The notes beneath the pieces were generated by a model that worked only from the letters and a program-made list of their open reading frames with translations, was not told where the DNA came from and searched no databases. A stretch of 64,000 bases of DNA. Origin: Thermodesulfobacteriota bacterium. Its GTDB lineage: Bacteria > Desulfobacterota > Desulfarculia > JACQYL01. Made by a program: the position numbers and the translations under genes. The DNA is taken from assembly GCA_963675595.2 (NCBI GenBank), contig CAXXLZ010000001.1:960001-1024000 (forward strand), in the 5' to 3' direction. Positions 1 through 9,096 of the stretch are shown here, piece after piece; position 1 is the stretch's first letter, and each line of letters begins with the position of its first letter.

Positions 1-370
1 TATCCCGCTGAGTACCTCCCACGTAATTGAAATGATATTTCCTTCCCACGGTGGCCAGGACGAGCGCGGCCACCATAGGCTTGGTGCCGCCCGTGTAGTC
101 CACCATGACTTCCGACGCCGAGACCTGTTCCGCCTCCAATCGGCGCACACATCGGGAGGCGGCTTCGTAGCACGAAAGCAGCACGTCGCTGTTTTCAGTA
201 ATCTCGAAGTAGGTGGTCGGCACAGGATCGATGCCCTGGAGAACTTCACATGCCTTAACCACTGATTGGTGGGACGCTAGAAATACCACCGTGGCGGGAC
301 GATGTTCTTCGATGCTTTGTCTCAGGGGCTCGGGCGCCCCGCCCAGGGACATGATCATGGCACTGTACAT
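1..370 (-). CDS. CRISPR-associated CARF protein, TIGR02710/Csm6-like (5' part only; runs off the window)
   Basis: Absent from the ORF track; translated by hand from ATG at 370 (RBS GGAGG upstream): MYSAMIMSLGGAPEPLRQSIEEHRP...VMVDYTGGTKPMVAALVLA...YVGGTQRD. SLGGAPEP and DYTGGTK are CARF motifs. Confidence 0.85.
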   Translation of the reverse strand, partial: MYSAMIMSLGGAPEPLRQSIEEHRPATVVFLASHQSVVKACEVLQGIDPVPTTYFEITENSDVLLSCYEAASRCVRRLEAEQVSASEVMVDYTGGTKPMVAALVLATVGRKYHFNYVGGTQRD

Positions 371-481
371 TGACGATACCTCCAGCAATGGATGGTCCTC
401 TCCTACGCTGCGGCCCGCCGAAAGGCGCGTGAGACGAAAGAACATGGAAAAAACAGTCTCTTCATTTTTTTTCCGCTCCTT

Positions 482-1612
482 TCAGAAAAGCCCCAACGAC
501 GATCTTTGATTCAGGTCCGCCATGCACGCCAAGGTCTGATCGTCGGTGGAAGCCGAGGTGTGCACCACGAACTTGGCCAGGGCTCCTTTTTCGGTATACC
601 AGCCTTCCACTTCCCCGATTCGAGTGCCCGCCGTGCGTTTGAACACCTTGGGTCGATCCAGGTCGGGATTGTAATACCAGGTCCGGATTCGCTGGACGTA
701 GGGAACTCGCAGGATATTTTCGAGATAACGGCGCAGACCCGGCGGACGATCCCCCGTGCCGTGCTCCGTGAGAATTTTCTTGGCTGGAGGGTCGAGCGTT
801 GAAGCCGGCGGCAGCATGGTCTCTTTGAGCCGCTCGAAACGGGACCTGAAGGATTCATGGAAGAGCTGGCCCGTGGGCGATAATTTGAGAAAAGCACGGC
901 CGTCCAAATCAACGGTCTCCACCAGGGACTCCATGGCCGGATCGGGCAGGACTTGCTCATCGTCCACTTCCAAGCCTTCGTCCAGTTCGAAGAACAGCCC
1001 GCTTTGGTTGAGCCAAAGAGAAAGATCAAAGGCCACGGGCTGGGGCGGCAACTCGATGACCTTGTCGAACCGTTCGAACTGGTAGCAGGTGGAGATACCC
1101 AGGGCCTGACCGATCATTCCGGCAAAGGAAATCTGGGCCTTGTACCCCCCGGTGGCGTTGATGAGAACGTTTTGGGCGCCGTATTTCCGCACTGCTTGGG
1201 AGATTTCCCGCACCAGGTTCCTGAGTCCCTCCTTGCGGAAACGTTCCGGATCCTGGTCGGAAAGTCCCTCCAGAACCTTGACCGCAACCGATGCGAACGC
1301 AGCACCTTCCGGGCGTGCATCGAAATAGCGCTTCAGCAGGTTTCCGATGAGTCGGCCGTCTTCCGTGTCGGAAACCAGGAGAATCAGTGCGTCGGCCGAA
1401 GCGAGCTTCTGTGCAAGAATCCCGGTAATGGATTGGATTTCCGCTCCCAGGAGATGTTCCCCGGAAGGAAGCCCGCGCATTGCGGCCGCCAGGCCCACGG
1501 TGTTTCCGCTCTCCAGAAGAGACTTGAGTTCGCCTCGTTCGCTGTTGCGTATGTTTCCCATGAGGCTGGTGCCCACGGTGGCGATGATGATGCGGGGGAT
1601 GGATTGCTTCAT
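482..1612 (-). CDS. APE2256-family CARF protein with a C-terminal DUF2103/RelE-like domain
   Basis: Motifs TVGTSL, GAEIQS, SDTEDG, INATGGYKA and YQFE...ELP. Extra ~100-aa C-terminal domain ending FVVHTSASTDDQTLACMADLN. Start overlaps the csm5 stop. Confidence 0.8.
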   Translation of the reverse strand: MKQSIPRIIIATVGTSLMGNIRNSERGELKSLLESGNTVGLAAAMRGLPSGEHLLGAEIQSITGILAQKLASADALILLVSDTEDGRLIGNLLKRYFDARPEGAAFASVAVKVLEGLSDQDPERFRKEGLRNLVREISQAVRKYGAQNVLINATGGYKAQISFAGMIGQALGISTCYQFERFDKVIELPPQPVAFDLSLWLNQSGLFFELDEGLEVDDEQVLPDPAMESLVETVDLDGRAFLKLSPTGQLFHESFRSRFERLKETMLPPASTLDPPAKKILTEHGTGDRPPGLRRYLENILRVPYVQRIRTWYYNPDLDRPKVFKRTAGTRIGEVEGWYTEKGALAKFVVHTSASTDDQTLACMADLNQRSSLGLF

Positions 1613-3102
1613 GATTCTTCACCGATAATTTCTTTGATTTTGGCTACTTTTTCCCGCTGCTTTTTGGTAGAGCAGTCTTTCTTTTTCCACTTTCCGGTGC
1701 GCCGCCAATACTCTTTGAGGGCCAAAGCCAGCGGTTTGGGGTTGTCGAATTCGCTCAATTTCTGGTAGAAATCCACCACTTCGTTTTCGCTTACGTCGGG
1801 TTCACCGACCCTGAGGGCGGCTTTTTCCACAGGGGACAGTTGCTCCAATCGTTTTTTGCGTTCCTCTTCTTCCGCGGCTTTCAGGCGTTCTTCTTCCGCC
1901 TTACGGTTCGCTTCTTCCTCCGCGGCCGTGCGCTCCGCTTCCAGACGTTCGCGTTCAGCCAAGTCGGAGCGAATTTGCCCCTCCCGGATTTTGTTCCACT
2001 CGGAGTCCATTTCAAAGAATCGATCTTCCAATTCCGCGGTGATGGGGCATACTTCGCACCACCCGAAAGGAGCCGGAGTTTCGGGGTCGTCGACCCGTGG
2101 TTCCGGCGATGCGAACCATGTCGTAGTGGCTTGTCGCATGGTTTTGAACTGCGTCCTGCCCGCCTTCACCCGAATCTGTCTATGCCCCTCGATTGTGAGA
2201 CACTCCGCTCCGGAATGCCTTCCGATGCGGATGAGGGAACCGCCGTTTCGGCTCAGAACATTATCGGCCATCCCAAGGTGATTAAGGATTCCCTGCTCCA
2301 CCTTTTGCTGATGATCGCAGAAGGCCTCGGATTCCCCCAAGACCGATTCCGTGTCGACGCCTATGCGGATGCCGGCTTTTCGTTCCGGATGCTGGAACAG
2401 AATGCTGCCTTGAAACAACGATCCCGGTTCGATCACTTCGAGAATCTGGTAGGGTCCCCTTGCTTCCTTATCGCTCTTTTCCTTCTTGTGATTCACCGCG
2501 TAGACGATTTGGGTTTTTACGTAACCGACGGGAAGGAAATCCGACACTTTAACAAGCCGAAAGGGGTCCGTGTCGAATGAGCCACCGTCAAGAAGGTCCT
2601 TCTCGAGTTTCTTTGCTTCATTGGGCCTATAAGGGGGCAGCTTCTTGACCTTCTGCCTTGCATTGAGAAAAGCGGTTCTAAGGGAGCCTTTGATGGAAGA
2701 ACCCGGTAGGTAGGGTCGCCCGTCATTGAGGAAGGCGGTTCGCCCAATGGTGAATTGATTGAGTTGGTTGCGTATTTCTCGATCATTGCCCGACGGGAGG
2801 GAGAGTGTTTTGCGGTAATGATTCACGAAACCGCTCGTCAGCTTTACTTGTCTTCCCCGGGCTGATTTTCCCTGCAGGAATTTATAGATTTCCAGAATTG
2901 AACCGATCGTACCCTTCAGGCATATCTGTGAGAACCTGGTCTTTTCATCCGGAGACAATGAGGCGAGAAACGAGATCGGATCAAAGGGGATCAAGACTGC
3001 ATCCTTCTCATCCACTACAAATCCGGTGGGTTCGTACACTTCATCCGTGCCGACATGGATCGGTGACAATGTGCGGATATAGCAGCTGAAGAATTCGTTC
3101 AT
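1609..3102 (-). CDS. csm5: Type III-A RAMP Csm5 with C-terminal extension
   Basis: Motifs TLSPIHVG, YLPGSSIKGSLRTA, DPFRLVKVSD, IRIGRHSG and PFGW. Start placed at ATG 3102, overlapping the csm4 TGA. Confidence 0.92.
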   Translation of the reverse strand: MNEFFSCYIRTLSPIHVGTDEVYEPTGFVVDEKDAVLIPFDPISFLASLSPDEKTRFSQICLKGTIGSILEIYKFLQGKSARGRQVKLTSGFVNHYRKTLSLPSGNDREIRNQLNQFTIGRTAFLNDGRPYLPGSSIKGSLRTAFLNARQKVKKLPPYRPNEAKKLEKDLLDGGSFDTDPFRLVKVSDFLPVGYVKTQIVYAVNHKKEKSDKEARGPYQILEVIEPGSLFQGSILFQHPERKAGIRIGVDTESVLGESEAFCDHQQKVEQGILNHLGMADNVLSRNGGSLIRIGRHSGAECLTIEGHRQIRVKAGRTQFKTMRQATTTWFASPEPRVDDPETPAPFGWCEVCPITAELEDRFFEMDSEWNKIREGQIRSDLAERERLEAERTAAEEEANRKAEEERLKAAEEEERKKRLEQLSPVEKAALRVGEPDVSENEVVDFYQKLSEFDNPKPLALALKEYWRRTGKWKKKDCSTKKQREKVAKIKEIIGEES

Positions 3103-4136
3103 GGCGCAGCCTCCAACCGCAAGGGCAGGTAAAAGGAATACCCCTGCGCGATGGTGTCCGGTACGGACTTGGACAACCCTTGAATGCAAACTCCCAAATA
3201 AGGTTGATCAAAAACCTTGGGATCGCGGGTCCTCAGTACAGCCCCCTCATCCGCCATGATAATGGGATTTTTGAAAGGATTTGGGGATTTGGCCATGCCG
3301 TCGCCGTGCTTTCCAAACCGAACGAACGGCTTGAACCAGCAGAAATCAAAGGAATTCTCCTGGGGCACGCAGGGACTCAATGTGTAACAGGCGTTGGCGC
3401 CTTTCAGTCGGGGCACTGGCGCCTCCTCAGGATCTGCGACATCAAACCGGCCGTATCCGGTGGAGGCGTCCCGCCCGAATCCGGAATCACCGATACGTTG
3501 GAGCCCTGAGAACACCCGGTCGATGTCCGTGACGTTTTCGTCCAGTAGAACGAACACGACGAGTTCCGTTCCCGGGGCGTAAGAAAAGGCGTCCAAGGAG
3601 AAAGGTGCGAACTCGCCGGTTCCTGTGGTCTGCCTGAGCCTGTGAATGGTGTTGTGCGAGTGTACGGTTTGTAGCATAAATCCCGGACGTTCGACGGACG
3701 GCCATAGGTGGGAGGCCTGCTCGGTCGCTAAGCCGTTTATACTGTCAAGTACATCCTGATCGGACGCCAGCTTGGGTTGGGTGAGGTCAATGGAATCAAG
3801 ACTTTCGACGACCAACCATTTCTTTCCTTTCCGTTCTTTGCGCAGTTTTACCCTTTCCTTCCTGCTCTCACCATTGACTGGAAAAAGCATTGAATAAGGG
3901 AGTTCGGGTCGGGGTAAGTAATAAATTTGCTTGGAATCCCCCACAACCATGGGGAATGCGGAAGAGAATACGACAAAAGGGGCCTCCGCGTATCTTTTGA
4001 CGGCCTCATTCAGACCGCCTTTTACCAGGTCGTCGTCGTAGAAGACTTGCCAACAGAACTGCCCGAAGAGGGTATCTCCCTTGAGAGGTGTGCCGAAGGA
4101 AGACTTGGGCTTCAGAGTGATTTCATAGAGTTGCAT
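3099..4136 (-). CDS. csm4: Type III-A RAMP Csm4
   Basis: Motifs GDTLFGQ, FSSAFP, HNTIHR and the Gly-rich loop GFGRDASTGYGRF; lies between csm3 and csm5. Confidence 0.93.
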   Translation of the reverse strand: MQLYEITLKPKSSFGTPLKGDTLFGQFCWQVFYDDDLVKGGLNEAVKRYAEAPFVVFSSAFPMVVGDSKQIYYLPRPELPYSMLFPVNGESRKERVKLRKERKGKKWLVVESLDSIDLTQPKLASDQDVLDSINGLATEQASHLWPSVERPGFMLQTVHSHNTIHRLRQTTGTGEFAPFSLDAFSYAPGTELVVFVLLDENVTDIDRVFSGLQRIGDSGFGRDASTGYGRFDVADPEEAPVPRLKGANACYTLSPCVPQENSFDFCWFKPFVRFGKHGDGMAKSPNPFKNPIIMADEGAVLRTRDPKVFDQPYLGVCIQGLSKSVPDTIAQGYSFYLPLRLEAAP

Positions 4137-4148
4137 GTTGGCTCCCAT

Positions 4149-4847
4149 CTATCTGAGGGGCGTAACCCGGGCAAAATCCCTTTGCACGTCTTCCTCGTCA
4201 AACAAGAACGATACTCTCCCATAGCCCCTGCTTCCACTGCCTCCCAGTGCGTCCATCTCCAGTAATTTCAGGCCTTCCAGAAGAAGATCATACAGGCCTT
4301 GTTCTTCATCGAACCGCTTGAGCGTGACTGAAAATTCGAATTCAGTTTCGGCGGGCACTCGTTCGGTGAAACGCGGGTTTTCCGCCGTGCCTTTAATTCT
4401 GTTGATGGAATTCTCGGACTTGACTTCGAACAGGGGCAGTCGAGCGTCCAGGGCCTTTCTCTTGTATTCTTCATGCAGAGAACAGTCTGCGAATGACGCC
4501 CGTGTGGGTCCCAGGTCGGAAACATCTTCCAAGTCCGCCCCGCTTGAACCAAACAGCTTCAAGATAGCCTCACAGCGTAGCCGTTCCTCTCCGTCCAATC
4601 GCCTGAGGATTCCCGCCGAAAGCGGTTTGCCGTCTGTAAGAGCCATCAGCCCACTGCCCAGTTCGAGGAGTGCTCTCACCTTGCCCTTAATGGATGACCC
4701 TGGAATGTAAGGTTCCAAGGTGTGCGGATGCTTGACCACGGGATTATCCGTACCCCCGATCCGCATTTCGGTATCGCCGGCGCCGATGTGCAACCCGCTC
4801 TTCAAAATGAGCTTTCCTTTGATCTCTTGAATCGCAGTCAGTTTCAT
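4149..4847 (-). CDS. csm3: Type III-A backbone RNase Csm3
   Basis: GLHIGAG, IGGTDNPV (catalytic Asp), PGSSIKGK, ENPRFTERVP and LGGSGSRGYG. Confidence 0.97.
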   Translation of the reverse strand: MKLTAIQEIKGKLILKSGLHIGAGDTEMRIGGTDNPVVKHPHTLEPYIPGSSIKGKVRALLELGSGLMALTDGKPLSAGILRRLDGEERLRCEAILKLFGSSGADLEDVSDLGPTRASFADCSLHEEYKRKALDARLPLFEVKSENSINRIKGTAENPRFTERVPAETEFEFSVTLKRFDEEQGLYDLLLEGLKLLEMDALGGSGSRGYGRVSFLFDEEDVQRDFARVTPLR

Positions 4848-4858
4848 CTTGTTTTCTC

Positions 4859-5263
4859 CTAATTTGTCGGCCCGTAGTGCCGGTAGAAACCCATGAACGC
4901 TTCAAAAAAGTTGGCGAAGACGTCCAAGTCCTCTTTCGTACTTACTTGATTTACCGAACGCTTCATCAAGTCATGAAACTCTTTGGAAACCAAGTTTCGA
5001 CCATAAGCGTAAGTGGCTTTCGCTACGAGCATATGTACATAGGGCAACAGGTGATCCCATTCTTCGTCTTTCCTTTGGGCTTTGGCTAGCCCGTTCAGTC
5101 TGGTCACTTCATCAAAGAACTTTCTGATCTGCGTCCTCTTATCCAACTTGGTTTGCTTGGCGTTGCTTCCTATGCCTTCGGCAAGCTTTTCAGCCTGTAC
5201 GGAAAAAAGGGTGGGATCAATGAGGCCTTTTCCTTTGTCCTTCCAGAATATGATCTCGTTCAT
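4859..5263 (-). CDS. csm2: Type III-A small subunit Csm2
   Basis: TQIRKFFD, AKATYAYGR and FFEAFMGFY; RBS AGGAGG before ATG 5263. Confidence 0.95.
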   Translation of the reverse strand: MNEIIFWKDKGKGLIDPTLFSVQAEKLAEGIGSNAKQTKLDKRTQIRKFFDEVTRLNGLAKAQRKDEEWDHLLPYVHMLVAKATYAYGRNLVSKEFHDLMKRSVNQVSTKEDLDVFANFFEAFMGFYRHYGPTN

Positions 5264-5274
5264 GTGATTTCCTC

Positions 5275-7893
5275 CTATCTTGTTTCGTACATGAATTTCC
5301 AAAGGGGTATACGAAGGCCGCCGGGGTTCTTAGCCAACCATTGGGTGAAAATGCGGGCGGCATTTTGTATGGCGTTTTCACGCTCTTGCTTGCCGAGACC
5401 TTTGCCCACGTTTCTTTCGATGGCATAACAAAGAAACGCCCGCCATTTTGTGCATCCCATGTCTTCAATTCGTATGCTCTCCTGTTTGTTCAGCTTCTTT
5501 TCCCGTATGGCCATGGAAATGACTTCATTCATTCGATAGAGGAAGGACCGGGTCAGTACGCCCTGTTCCAACCATTCACGCATTTGGAGTTCCAAGTTCA
5601 GCAAATCGGAGAAATCCGACCAAGCCACGACTTCACCAAACAGGGTTATTCGATCACGTCCGGCATGCTTCGCCTGTTCGAGCGCCGCTTCGGAGGACTC
5701 GGCAAGCCGATCCGTTGGAAGGTTGGGTTTGGCGAGTTCGATACCCGCGGAAAAGTGGATTTCGGGATTGCCGCAGACGTATCTTTCAAAATCCTCTCTA
5801 AGCTGTAGAGCCAGGTCGATCACTCGGTTCCAAGGTCCGATGAGGAACAAATCGTCTCCACCCGCGAAGACCGTGTAGATGTCTTTGAAGTCCCCCCTGG
5901 TGCTCAGCAGATGAGGAAGATATAGGCAGAAGAAGAAATTCAGCTGGCGACTCAACGTGGAGAGTCGGGAGAGACTGAATCGTTCCTCGGGGAGTCCACA
6001 GGCAATAATGAGTCCGAGATTATCCACATCGGCTTTCAGGATTCCTAAGGCTTCGGTGCCGCGAGGTCCGCTTCCATCCTTTTCGGCATGCAACGACTTG
6101 ATCGCGATATGGCCCAAAGTCTTGGGGGCCTGCAACTCCATATCCATCATGAGTTCGGCCTTTCGGGATTCGTCTTTCCTGCTTCGAAAAAGCCTCTGGT
6201 CGTTTTGGTCTTCTTCATTGAAGACCGGTAGATAGCCGTTGATATATCTTTCCGCTATTTCTCCACGAGTTGCCGACTGTGGTTCATCACGCCACGCAGC
6301 CAGGTCCCAATACCGCAAGAGGTGACCTTGCTTGGCCATTTCATTCAGTGAACCGTTCAGGAATGCCAACTGATAGGACCCGAAAATCGGTTCCATCAAT
6401 TTCTTGTGGTCGCCCTTAATTTCCGCTTCAATAGCGGTGACGGCAATTCGATCGTTCTTGACCAGATTCGTGCCCAAGAAGATGTGATCACGGCAAACGG
6501 TGCAGGCCGATTGTGCTTCTCCCACAAGGGGGGTGTTCTCGGCACTGGGATGAGACGGCCTTTTCCCGCAGAAAGGGCAAAGGGGCCGGGTCAGGTCGTT
6601 GTTGAAAGCATCCAGGTATTCACTCACAACGCCCAAGTGCCGGGAAAAATCAAAACGAGCGTATTTCCGTCCTTCGGAGGCTGACAGCAGTCTTTCCCAG
6701 AGACTATGAAATCGGCCTTCCTTGGATACGAAATCAGCCGCCGCCGCCGGTACCTGTGAAAGGCCGAAAGAATTCTCCCCATAAGAGATACGGATGAGCC
6801 AGTCATTGATCCGCTCCTGCACGGTAGCCAAAGCCTTCTTTGTAGCCTCTGTATTCGGAGCGATCATCGTAAACTTGCCGGCGACGTTCAGCAGCGAGGA
6901 AGAAAAAGGCAGCCCGATCTCCCTACACAACATGTCGGATGCCAACTCAGAGAACAATGATACGGCAAATGAGCGTCCCCTTAGTATCTTGGATCTGTAC
7001 CTTCTCGTAGATCCGTACTTGCTGAAAATAAAGGACTGAATTCCGTGGAAATCCCCATTTATGATGAGAAATTTCTCGGGTTGGTAGTCCTTTATGCTTG
7101 ACTCGCTGAGATCGCCGATTTCCTTGTGGTACAAATAGAGTGCGGCTGAAATGGCGGCAACGCTTTTTGAATGATCGTAGAGCGAGATATCGGGTACGAC
7201 TTTCCCACTTCTGTCCGAGGGAACTGCCGAGGCAAACTTCATCATCAGGCTGTCGAAATTCTCAAACCAAAGGGCCAAGTTCACATCACGGTGAGAAAGC
7301 TTATGAAGTGCAGCCACAAAATCCGAGAAAAAGATTCTGTATTCTTGACGTGATTTGTCCTTTGATTGAGTTGAATGTGGTTTTTCCGGAAAAATAGTCA
7401 TTGGCCCCATAGGCTTTAGAGGGTATCGATATTGAACTTGCTTATGCGAACCGGAATTTCGGTCCAATTCGATTTGCTCGAAGATGGGCCAAAGACGGAC
7501 ATTCCGGTAATTATGCGTCGATGATCTATTTTCTTCAGCTTCGGTTGGATACGCGTCACGATCCCATCCACTGCTGATTCGGTCGGCGACCGTAATGATC
7601 CATTGAAGGGGAGTTTCCGGCTTGTGGTGCGAAGCGGCCAAATTGATGAATGAGTCGCCGTCACCCCAATCCGGACTGTTCAGTTCCCGTGGAAGAATAT
7701 GTTTCATGGTCTCGATGAAACATGCCGTATACAAAGCGTGAATATGCGAGTGCCATCCGTCTCTAAACGGTTGGTAGATGTCGGCGTTGTTTTGGATATA
7801 CTCCTCGGTGAGACCCAGTACCTCCGGATCCACCATTTTTCCCAAGTCGTGACAAAAGCCGGCCATCGAAACTTTCAATACATTTCTATCCAT
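5275..7893 (-). CDS. cas10: Cas10/Csm1 with intact HD nuclease and cyclase motifs
   Basis: N-terminal HDLGK, GDFHGIQSFI, CxxC...CxxC zinc finger, KADVDNLG and the palm motif FAGGDDLF. Confidence 0.98.
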   Translation of the reverse strand: MDRNVLKVSMAGFCHDLGKMVDPEVLGLTEEYIQNNADIYQPFRDGWHSHIHALYTACFIETMKHILPRELNSPDWGDGDSFINLAASHHKPETPLQWIITVADRISSGWDRDAYPTEAEENRSSTHNYRNVRLWPIFEQIELDRNSGSHKQVQYRYPLKPMGPMTIFPEKPHSTQSKDKSRQEYRIFFSDFVAALHKLSHRDVNLALWFENFDSLMMKFASAVPSDRSGKVVPDISLYDHSKSVAAISAALYLYHKEIGDLSESSIKDYQPEKFLIINGDFHGIQSFIFSKYGSTRRYRSKILRGRSFAVSLFSELASDMLCREIGLPFSSSLLNVAGKFTMIAPNTEATKKALATVQERINDWLIRISYGENSFGLSQVPAAAADFVSKEGRFHSLWERLLSASEGRKYARFDFSRHLGVVSEYLDAFNNDLTRPLCPFCGKRPSHPSAENTPLVGEAQSACTVCRDHIFLGTNLVKNDRIAVTAIEAEIKGDHKKLMEPIFGSYQLAFLNGSLNEMAKQGHLLRYWDLAAWRDEPQSATRGEIAERYINGYLPVFNEEDQNDQRLFRSRKDESRKAELMMDMELQAPKTLGHIAIKSLHAEKDGSGPRGTEALGILKADVDNLGLIIACGLPEERFSLSRLSTLSRQLNFFFCLYLPHLLSTRGDFKDIYTVFAGGDDLFLIGPWNRVIDLALQLREDFERYVCGNPEIHFSAGIELAKPNLPTDRLAESSEAALEQAKHAGRDRITLFGEVVAWSDFSDLLNLELQMREWLEQGVLTRSFLYRMNEVISMAIREKKLNKQESIRIEDMGCTKWRAFLCYAIERNVGKGLGKQERENAIQNAARIFTQWLAKNPGGLRIPLWKFMYETR

Positions 7894-7924
7894 AACGCCT
7901 CCTCAGCTCACAAGGTGGATCGTC

Positions 7925-7969
7925 ATTGTAGCTCTTGTTCCGCGAAAATAAACCCCGGCAACGTTGCCG
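7925..7969 (-). promoter_or_regulatory. Predicted cas10-operon promoter with palindromic operator
   Basis: On the minus strand: palindrome CGGCAACGTTGCCG (7956-7969), 3 nt, TTTATT (7947-7952), 16 nt, TACAAT (7925-7930). Confidence 0.65.
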
Positions 7970-7971
7970 TA

Positions 7972-9096
7972 TCAGTAGATGACTTTGATCCGGTTTCGGT
8001 CCATTAGAATCCCATATCTCTTGCTGGGTGGAATCCCCGTTGATGCGATTTCCAGCTCTTTGACGGCGTAGGGGCCGTATCGGTCCAACAAGGCTTTTCT
8101 GATCTTGGACTTGTAGGAGTTGAAATTCTCAGAGCTGAGCGCCGTTATGCCTGTATCACTCATGCCGCCGATCACACGCCCTCTCGTAAGTTTGCGGTAC
8201 ATTTCGGTCACTCGTTGCTGCTGTTCGTGCACCTTTTCGATCTCCATGAAGCATTCGGAACAACCCTTACAATCCAAACGACTGCAATCGTATTCCTTTT
8301 TGTGTTGGACGAAGAACGCGTAAAGCGCGAGGTGGGCGGGCCTCATGTCCAGCTCCATGCCGCGATAGACTAGCGAATTCCGACTCAGGTCCAGCAGAAG
8401 CTGTTGCCTGGTTTCCCGCACAAGGGAAAGCATAAGCGTTCCCGGGTCCAAAGGTTCCTTGAGCAACTCATCCGACAACCGGTCCCGGACGCCGGGAAAG
8501 GGCAAATGCACCAGGTTGACTTGGGAGAACCGGGTGTCTTTGTAACAGGGTTCGCCCTTTTCATCCTTCAGGCAAATGATTCGGGGCTCCTTGGGAGGGT
8601 AGAAGAACGCCGGGTTGCTTTCGAATTCGGGTGAGACCAGCACGTGATAGACCCGATCTTGAGGCCGGGCATAGACCTGGGCCGCCAGGGCCAGGCAGGA
8701 ACTCATGGTCTTCCTTCCCCCGGCCAGGGAGAAATAGACCGTCGTGTCCGGAGAAGCCGTGAAGCGGAAGGCCAATCGGAGGCAGAGGCCCAGCAGCCGC
8801 TCATTGTCTTCCTCGGTCACGATGTCCCCCGTCTCGATACCGTGCTCGTCGGTCACCACGTGCACGTTCCTGTGAGTAAAATCCACGGAGTTCGCCGGTA
8901 ACCCTTGCTCCTCTAAATACTGATGAAAGATGCCCGATTCCGGAATGAGGAGCGTGGAAAAAATCCGTTCCTTGCCTTGACGGGTGGTAATCACATGTAC
9001 CGCATCAACGGTCTTGCCGTTCTGATGCAGCGCGTAAAGCGTCTCCGTAATCACCTGAGGCGCAAGGCCGCACACCGCCAACAGGACGGATTTCAT
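7972..9096 (-). CDS. NE0113 (TIGR02584)-family CARF protein with a C-terminal winged-HTH-like domain and Cys cluster
   Basis: GLAPQVITETLYAL, SLAGGRKTMS and HVLVSPEFE. The C-terminus resembles an OmpR-type wHTH (LDLSRNSLVYRGMELDMRP...FNSYKSKIRKAL...RYGI) with a CSRLDCKGCSEC insert. Confidence 0.88.
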   Translation of the reverse strand: MKSVLLAVCGLAPQVITETLYALHQNGKTVDAVHVITTRQGKERIFSTLLIPESGIFHQYLEEQGLPANSVDFTHRNVHVVTDEHGIETGDIVTEEDNERLLGLCLRLAFRFTASPDTTVYFSLAGGRKTMSSCLALAAQVYARPQDRVYHVLVSPEFESNPAFFYPPKEPRIICLKDEKGEPCYKDTRFSQVNLVHLPFPGVRDRLSDELLKEPLDPGTLMLSLVRETRQQLLLDLSRNSLVYRGMELDMRPAHLALYAFFVQHKKEYDCSRLDCKGCSECFMEIEKVHEQQQRVTEMYRKLTRGRVIGGMSDTGITALSSENFNSYKSKIRKALLDRYGPYAVKELEIASTGIPPSKRYGILMDRNRIKVIY

